A stretch of DNA of 64,000 bases from an uncultured bacterium (GTDB lineage: Bacteria; Cyanobacteriota; Vampirovibrionia; Gastranaerophilales; Gastranaerophilaceae): positions 2,993 to 66,992 of the forward strand of contig CAROLD010000009.1 of the NCBI GenBank assembly GCA_949035555.1. The letters run 5' to 3'. Positions 1 to 8,230 of this stretch are shown in pieces. How positions within the stretch are numbered: position 1 is the stretch's first letter; every line of letters begins with the position of its first letter. The notes under the pieces are model-generated. The model saw nothing but the letters and a program-made list of their open reading frames with translations, was not told where the DNA came from and did not search any database. The translations under genes and the position numbers were made by a program.

Positions 1-369
1 CGGATTGTCATCAATCAGAATTTGCCCGGCTTGATATTTTGCTTCCGTACTTAATTTTGAAGACGGATATCTGCGAAAAAGTTTCTGGTACATTTTTAAC
101 TCTGAAGAGCTGTCACCCAGAGCTTTTGCACAAAGCGCCTGTCGGAACAGAGCAACAGGTTTTAATTTTGACGTATATCCAATTTTTGAAAACAAAAAAT
201 ATGAATTGGAGTAATTGCCATTTTGATAATCTTTTAATGCCTGTTTATATACTTGTACGGTTTTTCGCTCAGGCTGAAAAACTTTAGCAAAATAAAATCC
301 TGATAAGAAACAAGAACAGAAAATTACTGCCGCAATTATTCCTTTGTTTTTCTGTGTGAACACATACAT
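1..369 (-). CDS. 5' part of a membrane-anchored helical-repeat (TPR-like) protein; the gene continues past the left edge
   Basis: Own minus-strand translation from ATG at 369-367 gives MYVFTQKNKGIIAAVIFCSCFLSGFYFAKVFQPERKTVQVYKQALKDYQNGNYSNSYFLFSKIGYTSKLKPVALFRQALCAKALGDSSSELKMYQKLFRRYPSSKLSTEAKYQAGQILIDDNP. It is open through position 1. A hydrophobic anchor is followed by TPR-like helices. It is missing from the ORF track because it is edge-truncated. Confidence 0.45.
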   Translation of the reverse strand, partial: MYVFTQKNKGIIAAVIFCSCFLSGFYFAKVFQPERKTVQVYKQALKDYQNGNYSNSYFLFSKIGYTSKLKPVALFRQALCAKALGDSSSELKMYQKLFRRYPSSKLSTEAKYQAGQILIDDNP

Positions 370-481
370 AATACCAACATTTTAACAAATTTCTTGTAAA
401 AGTAAAAATTTTTATCAAATATTTACATACAGCTTTTATTTAAATATTCACGCTTTATAATTGAATAAAAAGGAGAAACTA

Positions 482-1300
482 ATGCCTGTATGGGAAAAAG
501 GTCTTATTGCAATAGGTATCAATCTGGTACTTATTATTGTGTTATTTAAGGTTTTAGATATTGTAGATAAAAAAATCCGTGTGAAAATTCAAAATACAGA
601 ATCTGATTCTCCGCTGCTTCGTTTTATGCCGATAATTATGAAGCTTTTAAAGGCTGTTCTTTTGTTTATTGCAATAACAGGATTTTTACAAAGTCAGGGG
701 TATTCGGTTTCTTCAATTCTTGCCGGATTTGGAATAGGCGGTATTGCTGTAGGTATGGCGGCTAAAGATGCGCTTGCTAATATCTTTGGCAGTATTGAAA
801 TCCTTTCCGACCATGTTTATAAAGTTGGCGATTATGTCAAGATTAACGATATTGAAGGTTATGTTGAAGATATAAATATTCGCTCCACAAAAATTCGCGA
901 TCTTGACCATTTTCTAATAAGTGTTCCGAATAATGTAGCCGCAAATGCTACAATCGTTAATGTTTCACGTGCAAAGAAAAGATTTATAAATATAACTTTC
1001 GGTGTCACTTATTCTACTGATAACGACAATATAAAAAAAGCTCAGGAAATTTTAAAACAGCTTGCAACAGAGCACAAAGAAATTCATAATGAATTTACAG
1101 TTGCAGTGCATGATTTGGGCGACAGTTCAATAAATATAAGATTTAGAGGCTATGTTAAATCAGGATCATATGACAAATTTCTGAAAGTTCGCGGAGAGTT
1201 TTTAGAACAGGTTGTTGCCAAATTCCGCGAGTCAAATATTGATTTTGCTTTTCCGTCACGTTCAATCTACATAGAAAACGGAGTAAAAGTTGAAAATTAA
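482..1300 (+). CDS. MscS-family small-conductance mechanosensitive channel
   Basis: N-terminal TM helices are followed by MscS beta-domain text GDYVKINDIEGYVEDINIRSTKIRDLDHFLISVPNNVAANATIVN. AGGAG at 471-475 favours ATG 482 over the track start TTG 461. Confidence 0.85.
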   Translation: MPVWEKGLIAIGINLVLIIVLFKVLDIVDKKIRVKIQNTESDSPLLRFMPIIMKLLKAVLLFIAITGFLQSQGYSVSSILAGFGIGGIAVGMAAKDALANIFGSIEILSDHVYKVGDYVKINDIEGYVEDINIRSTKIRDLDHFLISVPNNVAANATIVNVSRAKKRFINITFGVTYSTDNDNIKKAQEILKQLATEHKEIHNEFTVAVHDLGDSSINIRFRGYVKSGSYDKFLKVRGEFLEQVVAKFRESNIDFAFPSRSIYIENGVKVEN

Positions 1301-1760
1301 AATAATTGCACTAGGTAAAATTAAAGAAAAATTTTTGAAAGATGGGATAAATGAGTTTCTGAAAAGATTAACACCATATGCTTCTGTTTCGGTTTTAGAA
1401 CTCAATCCGATTGAAATTAAAGACGAAAATCTAACAGATAAAATTTTATTGGAAGAAGGTGAAAAAATTCTTTCAAACATTAAGCCGCTGGACTTTGTAA
1501 TTACTATGGAAATCAAAGGGAAACATTTTTCCAGTGAAGAATTTGCACAAAAGATTGAAGAAATTACAAATGACGGGGTGCAGGAAATTGTTTTTGTAAT
1601 AGGTTCTTCTTGCGGGATAGGGAAAAATGTCTCAGAACGTGCAAATTTAAAGATGAGTATGTCTAAAATGACATTTCTGCATCAGTTTGCAAGACTCATT
1701 CTGGTTGAACAGATATATCGTGCTTTCAAAATAATAAAATGTGAAACTTATCATAAATAA
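1290..1760 (+). CDS. rlmH: 23S rRNA (pseudouridine1915-N3)-methyltransferase RlmH (SPOUT family)
   Basis: The 156-aa length, N-terminus MKIKIIALGKIKEKFLKDGINEF and C-terminus MTFLHQFARLILVEQIYRAFKIIKCETYHK match the RlmH/YbeA pattern. It overlaps the mscS-like stop by 11 nt. Confidence 0.85.
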   Translation: MKIKIIALGKIKEKFLKDGINEFLKRLTPYASVSVLELNPIEIKDENLTDKILLEEGEKILSNIKPLDFVITMEIKGKHFSSEEFAQKIEEITNDGVQEIVFVIGSSCGIGKNVSERANLKMSMSKMTFLHQFARLILVEQIYRAFKIIKCETYHK

Positions 1761-1778
1761 AATTAAGGGGTATATGAA

Positions 1779-2195
1779 ATGACTATTATTAATGATGTTT
1801 TTACGGTACACACAAAAGGGAATACCGAGATAATTGATATTACCCCTCAGATAAGAAATGTTGTTTACAATCACAGGCTTCAAAATGCTGTTGTTTTTGT
1901 TTATGCTCAAGGCAGTACGGTTTCAATTACTAATATTGAATTTGAACCGGGACTTCTGGTTGATTTACCGGAAGCGCTAAACAGAATTGCGCCAGTAAGT
2001 ATTCCTTATCATCACGATGAAATGTGGCATGACGGTAACGGTTATGCGCATGTGCGTGCGTCTATTGTTGGTAACTCTACACATGTTCCTTTGATAGACG
2101 GGGTTTTACAGCTTGGTCAGTGGCAGCAGGTAGTGCTTATAGACTTTGATAACAAGGCTCGAGCAAGAAAAGTTAACGTACAAATTATCTATTGA
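1779..2195 (+). CDS. YjbQ/UPF0047 family protein (secondary thiamine-phosphate synthase-like)
   Basis: 138 aa. The motifs TEIIDITPQI, HHDEMWHDGNGYAHVRASIVG and LGQWQQVVLIDFD are typical of UPF0047. Confidence 0.8.
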   Translation: MTIINDVFTVHTKGNTEIIDITPQIRNVVYNHRLQNAVVFVYAQGSTVSITNIEFEPGLLVDLPEALNRIAPVSIPYHHDEMWHDGNGYAHVRASIVGNSTHVPLIDGVLQLGQWQQVVLIDFDNKARARKVNVQIIY

Positions 2196-2278
2196 TAACA
2201 GTGTGAAGTTTTGTAAAGTGTAAAATGTACACTATTCTTGCAGTTTTACCTAACTTAAAAAAATATAAAACAATAGTG

Positions 2279-2307
2279 TTGACATATTTTTTATGTTGTG
2301 CAATAAT
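2279..2307 (+). promoter_or_regulatory. Sigma70-type promoter (TTGACA, 17-nt spacer, AATAAT)
   Basis: TTGACA lies at 2279-2284, the 17-nt spacer at 2285-2301 and AATAAT at 2302-2307. It sits in a noncoding gap with no downstream CDS on this strand. Confidence 0.45.
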
Positions 2308-2313
2308 AAGTGT

Positions 2314-2452
2314 ATAAGATTTAAGTGTAGTCGAAACACTAAATATAAATAGTTCATTAACCCCAAAAACATATAAACTCCTAAATAATAAACACTAAAA
2401 GAGACCATTAGGATGCAGAAAACGACCCACTCACTTGTGAGTGGTTTTTTTT
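2314..2452 (+). ncRNA. Candidate small RNA, a promoter-to-terminator unit of about 140 nt with unknown family
   Basis: It is bounded by the promoter at 2279-2307 and the intrinsic terminator at 2427-2452. There is no ORF with a convincing RBS. It contains the hairpin AGTGT-N7-ACACT (2324-2340) and a CU-rich stretch ACTCCT (2377-2382). Confidence 0.3.
2427..2452 (+). terminator. Rho-independent terminator
   Basis: Stem CCACTCA (2427-2433) pairs with TGAGTGG (2438-2444) around a 4-nt loop CTTG, followed by T8 (2445-2452). Confidence 0.7.
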
Positions 2453-2497
2453 ATGGGTAAATGTTGTTGTCAAGGATATTGAAAGCTTGCGATATTT

Positions 2498-3154
2498 TTA
2501 ATTATTTGTTATTGGTTGCTGTTGAGGGTAACTATCCTGTTGAAAATCTTGAACATATTGCTCCTGCTGCGTTTCCTGAACAGGCTGCAGTTCCTCGGGC
2601 TGGGATTCTATGGAAGGTATTTCTTCTTGGGGACGTTGGTTGTAATCTTTCATAAACGCTTCCATTCGGCTTTCGCGTTGAGAATACAGATTATCGGTTT
2701 TTTGGATGTCTGAAAGCACATTTGATAATTCTTTTTTATACCCTTCTGATTGCTTGCAGGTTCGATAATTATCCAGCATATTGTATAGCGAACGAATATT
2801 TCCTGCCGCAACATTTTTTCTTGATTCTTCTGTTTGCATTCCGTTGTAGGTGAGTTTATACAAGGATAAAGCATTGTGCTGTGCATAATCCAGATATATA
2901 CAGGTTGAATTTTTTATAGGCAAGTTTTTATTCTTATTAAGATTTTGATTAAGGAAATCGGCTATAGAAAGATATTTGAAGTATTTGTCGGAAGTTGACA
3001 TATGTGTATTGTTATCAAGCTCTTCAAAATCGATTTTTTCAGACAAAGTTTTGCTTTCTTTATATGTAGAAATTGAATATGTCATAAGCAGGATGCCGAT
3101 AAGTAATATTCCGATACCCACCATCAACAAATCATTGTAGCTTCTCTTTTCCAT
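2498..3154 (-). CDS. Hypothetical N-terminally anchored membrane protein with a Q/E/P-rich C-terminus
   Basis: 218-aa ORF with a single TM helix (LLMVGIGILLIGILLMTY) and a low-complexity tail (QPEELQPVQETQQEQYVQDFQQDSYPQQQP). No family recognised. Confidence 0.55.
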   Translation of the reverse strand: MEKRSYNDLLMVGIGILLIGILLMTYSISTYKESKTLSEKIDFEELDNNTHMSTSDKYFKYLSIADFLNQNLNKNKNLPIKNSTCIYLDYAQHNALSLYKLTYNGMQTEESRKNVAAGNIRSLYNMLDNYRTCKQSEGYKKELSNVLSDIQKTDNLYSQRESRMEAFMKDYNQRPQEEIPSIESQPEELQPVQETQQEQYVQDFQQDSYPQQQPITNN

Positions 3155-3274
3155 AATCCCACCCCCGTTTGCTTTGATTATACTATAAATTTAAGTAAAA
3201 TACCATTCAAACAGCTTATTGGAATTTTTTGAATATAATTATATAATCAATTTAAGAAAAAGTTGGAGAAGAAT

Positions 3275-3916
3275 ATGAAAAAAATGTATATAATTTTACT
3301 TTTGGTAGGTTTATTTATCGGAAGTCAGGTAATGGCTGATGTAGTAACAACAACAAGAAAAATTAATAAACCACAGTCTCAAACTCAGCAAAAACAGCAA
3401 AATGTTCAGACTCAAACAAGAAAAACAACTCCGCCTGTAACTAAACGAACAACAGGAAACAAACTTGTTGATAATATTATGAGCTGTAAACCATACAGTG
3501 AAACAATGGTTTCGGATATTGATGGTGTGAATTTTGATTTCAAAGTTACAATTGCTGGCTGGGTAAACAATAAATGCCGTTTGGATTTTATATCTGACGT
3601 GAGCGGCATTGCATCAAGTTTTGAACAAATGTACGGGGTTGAAGCATCTCAAGCGCAAATTTCTGCGTTTGCTCCGAAAGTCAGATGTGAATTTACAAAA
3701 CAGCAGCTGGCATATGTGGGTGATTCTATTTTGCAGGAAGAAGCTCGTAAAAAAGGCGATAATGGCCGTATGTTGAAAAATCCTGATGAAATCTCATTTG
3801 ATAATTTTTCAGCATCAGATGCCCGTTTGATGAAGATTTTATTGAACGACAGAGCCTGCACTATTTTGAATGCGAACGATTTAGGAAATATGCTTCAAAA
3901 CCTTATGGGATTTTAA
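3275..3916 (+). CDS. Secreted 4-Cys protein of unknown family, tandem paralog A
   Basis: GGAG at 3265-3268 precedes ATG 3275. The signal peptide is MKKMYIILLLVGLFIGSQVMA. It shares motifs with the next gene: GWVNNKC, VRCEFTKQQL and ACTILNANDL. Confidence 0.65.
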   Translation: MKKMYIILLLVGLFIGSQVMADVVTTTRKINKPQSQTQQKQQNVQTQTRKTTPPVTKRTTGNKLVDNIMSCKPYSETMVSDIDGVNFDFKVTIAGWVNNKCRLDFISDVSGIASSFEQMYGVEASQAQISAFAPKVRCEFTKQQLAYVGDSILQEEARKKGDNGRMLKNPDEISFDNFSASDARLMKILLNDRACTILNANDLGNMLQNLMGF

Positions 3917-3937
3917 TTAAGAATAATGGAGATTAAC

Positions 3938-4606
3938 ATGAAAAAATTTTTATCATTTTTATTGGTGCCTGTATTTTGCGTTACTATTGCAAATGCAGGC
4001 AGTGCAATGCAGACACAAAATGTTACTGTTCAAAAGGCAGTAAATAAAAATGCAGTTGAAGATATTAACACAAAATCAGCGGAAAATGAAAAAATGGCTG
4101 TAGATAAAGTCATGAAATTAACCGAAAGATATCTTTCAAATTTGAGAACATGTGAGCCGGTGCATATCTATGAAACAATTGATTTGTTCGGGTTAAAGGT
4201 TTCATTCAAATTAGATATCAACGGCTGGGTGGATAATAAATGTGCTTATTATATAACAGGCAATATTGGCGGACTTGGCAAAGATATCAGAGAAATTTTT
4301 GAAGTAAATGTTTCAGATGAAGCGATTGCAAAAATTCAGCCTATTGTAGAATGTAAATTTTCTAAAGAGCAGTTAAATATTCTGGTGGATGCAATTATTG
4401 CACGTAATGAGCAAAATATGACACAAATTTCTCAAATGCTTGAAAATCCTGAAAAGAAATACGATATTCAAAAGAAAAAATTAACAAAGGAAGAGGAAGC
4501 TTTGATACAAATGCTTGCAGAAGGAAAAGCCTGCACTGTTCCTAATATGCAGGATTTGATGCAGCAAATTACACAGATTATGATGCCGGAAGCAGGTAAT
4601 GAATAA
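3938..4606 (+). CDS. Secreted 4-Cys protein of unknown family, tandem paralog B
   Basis: GGAG at 3928-3931 precedes ATG 3938. The signal peptide is MKKFLSFLLVPVFCVTIANA. Its motifs GWVDNKC, VECKFSKEQL and ACTVPNMQDL are collinear with paralog A. Confidence 0.65.
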   Translation: MKKFLSFLLVPVFCVTIANAGSAMQTQNVTVQKAVNKNAVEDINTKSAENEKMAVDKVMKLTERYLSNLRTCEPVHIYETIDLFGLKVSFKLDINGWVDNKCAYYITGNIGGLGKDIREIFEVNVSDEAIAKIQPIVECKFSKEQLNILVDAIIARNEQNMTQISQMLENPEKKYDIQKKKLTKEEEALIQMLAEGKACTVPNMQDLMQQITQIMMPEAGNE

Positions 4607-5327
4607 GGAAATTTTTCTTAAAACCTCTGATGGTATCAAAATTGCAATAAATCTTTATTCCAAAGCTCGGGGCAGTGTTGTAATAATCTGTCCGGGTTGG
4701 TTTATGACAAAAGATTCCGCAATTTTTAAGAAAATGTCAGAGGATTTATTTGAAAATTTTGATGTAATAACAATGGATTTTCGCGGTTCCGGCAGAAGCC
4801 GCGGATTTTACACATTCTCATCAAAAGAACCGCTTGATTTATATTGCGTAATATCGTACGCAAAAAAAGTTTTGGAATACAAAAATATTTATCTTCTAGG
4901 ATTTTCACTCGGCGCGGCTGTTTCTGTTATTTGCAGTGCGAAAAATCCTGATGTGGATAAGCTTATTGCGGTTTCTGTTCCTTCCGATTTTAACAAAATT
5001 GAAAACAGAATGTATTCTCCCGATGCGTGGATACCGACATTGTTTCAGAAGTTTGAACCCTTAAGATGGTTTACAATTCGTGCAGGCAATCCGTTTTTAC
5101 ATAAAATTAAACCAATAGATGTTGTTGACGATATTTCCGCTCCAACACTTTTTGTTGCCGGAGATAAGGACCCTACAGTTCACTCTTGGCATACGAAGGC
5201 ACTTTATGATAAAGCTGTTTGCCGCAAGGTTTACAGACTTTTTGCAAAAACTCGCCATGCGGAAGATATTTATCATGATTATCCTCAAGAATTTATTTGT
5301 ATGTGTACGGATTGGTTAAATTATTAA
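4599..5327 (+). CDS. Alpha/beta-fold hydrolase with no signal peptide
   Basis: It has the nucleophile elbow GFSLGAA, an upstream DFRGSGRS segment and a C-terminal AGDKDPTV...RHAED pattern typical of the fold. It overlaps paralog B by 8 nt. Confidence 0.75.
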   Translation: MNKEIFLKTSDGIKIAINLYSKARGSVVIICPGWFMTKDSAIFKKMSEDLFENFDVITMDFRGSGRSRGFYTFSSKEPLDLYCVISYAKKVLEYKNIYLLGFSLGAAVSVICSAKNPDVDKLIAVSVPSDFNKIENRMYSPDAWIPTLFQKFEPLRWFTIRAGNPFLHKIKPIDVVDDISAPTLFVAGDKDPTVHSWHTKALYDKAVCRKVYRLFAKTRHAEDIYHDYPQEFICMCTDWLNY

Positions 5328-6049
5328 TGTCTTCTGTCGCCTGTTCCTGAGCGGTATCCGCAGAATGAATAAATTAGAGGTAAAGCTCTTTCTATGTGAA
5401 TTTTATCCGCAAACGGAATTTTGGCAAGAACCATCATTGCCACTGCATCATCAAGGTTTGCAATCATATCAATAGGTTTAAGTTCTCGTTTAGGTTTTCG
5501 GGCTTCTTTGTCGCTTCTTAATTTATTAGACAGTGCTATCGCAGAGTTTGAACCGATTGCAACACCGATAATTGAAACGATTATTTTGGTAAAGTTATTA
5601 TTTATTTTTTTATTTTTAGATTTTTCACAAAGTTTTATAGAGCCGTCAACAAGAAGCATAGGTGCAGCTGTTAGCATCATCTGAAAAGCACCTTCTTTCC
5701 ATTTTTTCTTTTTGTCTGCTGTGCGCTCTCCTATAGAGCTTAATAAAATGCCGCCGATATTAGCGCAAGCCGCCATTGAAAGCATTTGTGTAACTTTGTA
5801 TTTTAAATTTAAAGGATTCTTAATTTTCTGGTGCTTCATCCATCCTGCAAGAGCAAGTCCTGTACCTGTTACGGAACCTATTGCCGCAAGGACTTTATCT
5901 TTTTTTGATGCGGAAGGTTCATGGTATTTTTTATCTTCGGGTTTACTCAAATCAATATAACCATATGAAATCTCTTTCTTTTGGGGTAAAAAAGATACCA
6001 TAGTATGCCTTTGAGTTATGTTTACATTATTTATAGAGGTGAGAGCCAT
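5324..6049 (-). CDS. Hypothetical multi-pass membrane protein
   Basis: The ORF has several Gly/Ala-rich hydrophobic segments (LAAIGSVTGTGLALAGW, MLSMAACANIGGILLSS, IIVSIIGVAIGSNSAIAL). I prefer ATG 6049 (MALTSINN) over the track start at 6124. No family recognised. Confidence 0.5.
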   Translation of the reverse strand: MALTSINNVNITQRHTMVSFLPQKKEISYGYIDLSKPEDKKYHEPSASKKDKVLAAIGSVTGTGLALAGWMKHQKIKNPLNLKYKVTQMLSMAACANIGGILLSSIGERTADKKKKWKEGAFQMMLTAAPMLLVDGSIKLCEKSKNKKINNNFTKIIVSIIGVAIGSNSAIALSNKLRSDKEARKPKRELKPIDMIANLDDAVAMMVLAKIPFADKIHIERALPLIYSFCGYRSGTGDRRH

Positions 6050-6231
6050 AATTAAAACCTTTACCAAGTGTATATTACAATAAAAATCAAATATTGTAAA
6101 TTCTTTATAAAAAATTAATATCACATTATGACTTGTTGGACTATTCTGTCAGGTAATTTTATTTTCCTAAAAAAACTATTAGCATAATGATGTACTTGAA
6201 TGAATATCCAAAACAAAAGGAGTTTGGTAAA

Positions 6232-6879
6232 ATGATGAATTGTTTGAAAAAATATTTGGTAGAATTTATTGGAACATTTTTCCTTGTCTTCACGATAGGT
6301 TCAGCTGTACTTCTCAACGGAGACGGAGTAATTCCTGCTGTTGCAATAGGTCTTGCTCTAATGATTTTTGTGTATGCAGGCGGGCATATTTCAGGCGGAC
6401 ATTACAATCCTGCGGTTTCTCTTGCTGTTGCAATGCGCGGGATGTTACCGTTTAAGCATTTAATACCTTACTGGATTGCACAATTTTTAGGTGCAACTGC
6501 TGCGGGCTTTACAGTCTTGGGTCTTGCTTCTCAGCCTATTGAAAGTACACCTTGTTCATTTGGTCCGATGGCGATTATTATCGGTGAATTTTTGTTTACT
6601 TTTGCATTATGTTATGTGGTCTTGCTTACTGCAACCTCTGCAAGAACTGACGGAAATTCTTACTATGGTCTTGCAATCGGTTCAACTTTGACTGTCGGCA
6701 TCTTTGCTGTGGGCGGTATTCTTTGTTACGGTGCTTTTAACCCGGCAGTTGCTGTATCTCTTGGTATAATGCAGGTTTCCTGCTGGGGTTATGCATTTAT
6801 TACCCTTGGTATAAACCTTGCAGCGGCAATAATTGCAGCAATTGTTTTCAAAATGGTTGAAATTGAAGATGAGTATTAA
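6232..6879 (+). CDS. MIP/aquaporin-family channel
   Basis: Two NPA boxes are present (SGGHYNPAVSLAV and GAFNPAVAVSLG) with a six-TM layout. AAGGAG at 6217-6222 favours ATG 6232. Confidence 0.85.
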   Translation: MMNCLKKYLVEFIGTFFLVFTIGSAVLLNGDGVIPAVAIGLALMIFVYAGGHISGGHYNPAVSLAVAMRGMLPFKHLIPYWIAQFLGATAAGFTVLGLASQPIESTPCSFGPMAIIIGEFLFTFALCYVVLLTATSARTDGNSYYGLAIGSTLTVGIFAVGGILCYGAFNPAVAVSLGIMQVSCWGYAFITLGINLAAAIIAAIVFKMVEIEDEY

Positions 6880-6883
6880 TTTT

Positions 6884-6919
6884 AAAAAGGAGCGAACCGC
6901 TTGCGGTTCGCTCCTTTTT
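6884..6919. terminator. Bidirectional intrinsic terminator between convergent genes
   Basis: Stem GGAGCGAACCG (6889-6899) pairs with CGGTTCGCTCC (6904-6914). It is flanked by A5 (6884-6888) and T5 (6915-6919). Confidence 0.75.
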
Positions 6920-6920
6920 A

Positions 6921-8120
6921 TTATAAGCTTTCCAGCTCATTATATTGCTTTTTCATATTTTCATCGGATGGACGTACCTGTATAGCTTTATCTATTGCGG
7001 ATTTTGCACGTTTTAGATATTTATCTTTTTTAGTCTTTTCGTATAAATATTGATTTGCATAAGAAAGATATAAGTAGTGTTCAGGTTTTTCTGTTTCTTT
7101 TGCCAGTTTGTCAAAAAGTCTGGAGGCGTTTTCCATGTTTCCGTTTAAGTAGCTAAGATAAGCAATACGTGTTAATTTTTTTTCAAAAGTTTCGGGTTTA
7201 TAAAAGTTTTTGGCTTTCTCAGATTTTTCTATGACAAATGATACCCTATCTGATGATTTTTTTGCCGGTAGAACTTTGCTGTTATATATATTTAATCTGC
7301 CTTCGTCAATCCAATTTTTGTCGAGTACCGCAATATTTTCTATTGCACTTTTAATTCGTCTGTGTGTTACCGGATGTGAGCTGAATATGCTGTTAATATT
7401 CGGTATGGCATTCATTGTGTATAAAGCTTCCATTGCTTTTTCAGGAGAATAACCGGCTCTATACAAAAGCGAAAAGGCTTCGGCATCAGCCAGGTATTCC
7501 ATGTCTCTTGAGCTTTGGAGGTATAACAATGCACCTACAGTATCGCTGCTTTTGATACTTGATGCTGCTTCAAGTTTACGTTGACCGTGTCCTAAAATCA
7601 GGTGAGACATTTCATGTCCTATAACAAAAGCCAGAGCTTCATCACTTGTTCTAAGCGAGTCATACAAACCTGTATATATGCAAATAAAATTTCCGTTTGA
7701 TGCATAAGCATTGGTATCAACCGTTTTTCTTATAGCAATTCTCCAGTTCACATAGTCAAGATTGTTTGCTCTGATTAGCCTTTCTGCAATTCTGTAAACT
7801 CTGTAATAATCAACATCTTTGCTGGTTTTAAGTTTTGTTTTTACTGCATTATAAGCTTCATTATCTTTGTTGGTTTTGATTTTGTAATCAGCGGCAGAAA
7901 TTTTTTCAAACTCTTGTAATTTAATTAGTTTTGGATCTTTTAGATTTTCAATCTTTCTTTTGTTTAAATCTAATTTTTCATAACTTTTTTTATAAATATC
8001 AACCGTATTATATTCGGTGTTGTATTTGCTTTCTTTGAGCTGGCGTTCAATGTATGAAGACTTAGCGCATACAGAAAGCGGAACTGAAACCAATAACAAT
8101 GCAATTATAAACTTTTTCAT
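6921..8120 (-). CDS. M48-family zinc metalloprotease with a C-terminal TPR-like region (BepA/YfgC-like), exported
   Basis: It has a signal peptide (MKKFIIALLLVSVPLSVCA) and the HExxH motif in VIGHEMSHLILGH. The C-terminal helical repeats are AYLSYLNGNMENASRLFDKLAK...LYLSYANQYLYEK. Confidence 0.8.
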   Translation of the reverse strand: MKKFIIALLLVSVPLSVCAKSSYIERQLKESKYNTEYNTVDIYKKSYEKLDLNKRKIENLKDPKLIKLQEFEKISAADYKIKTNKDNEAYNAVKTKLKTSKDVDYYRVYRIAERLIRANNLDYVNWRIAIRKTVDTNAYASNGNFICIYTGLYDSLRTSDEALAFVIGHEMSHLILGHGQRKLEAASSIKSSDTVGALLYLQSSRDMEYLADAEAFSLLYRAGYSPEKAMEALYTMNAIPNINSIFSSHPVTHRRIKSAIENIAVLDKNWIDEGRLNIYNSKVLPAKKSSDRVSFVIEKSEKAKNFYKPETFEKKLTRIAYLSYLNGNMENASRLFDKLAKETEKPEHYLYLSYANQYLYEKTKKDKYLKRAKSAIDKAIQVRPSDENMKKQYNELESL

Positions 8121-8193
8121 AATAATACCATCCTTCAGGTACTATTCTAATAAATAGTTAGAGTTTTTGCAATAGTTCAAAGAAAAAATAGAA

Positions 8194-8223
8194 AAGCGGC
8201 GGAAGGCTTGCCTTCCGCCGCTT
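8194..8223 (-). terminator. Intrinsic terminator downstream of the SLH gene
   Basis: A 13-bp GC-rich stem, AAGCGGCGGAAGG (8194-8206) with CCTTCCGCCGCTT (8211-8223), is followed on the minus strand by a T-rich run. Confidence 0.7.
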
Positions 8224-8230
8224 TAAATAA

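Noticed and set aside
39-287. 82-aa plus-strand ORF from the track
   Set aside because: It lies antisense to a longer, edge-truncated minus-strand ORF (1-369) that has a start codon, a TM anchor and TPR-like sequence. The plus-strand product is low-complexity and has no RBS.
2377-2382. Similarity of the ACTCCT stretch in the candidate sRNA to the cyanobacterial Yfr1 conserved motif
   Set aside because: Only a 6-nt partial resemblance from memory. The flanking sequence and predicted length do not match, so it is too weak to call.
2413-2460. 15-codon ORF (MQKTTHSLVSGFFYG) inside the candidate sRNA
   Set aside because: It has no convincing Shine-Dalgarno sequence and its coding sequence is simply the terminator hairpin. 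It is more likely noncoding.
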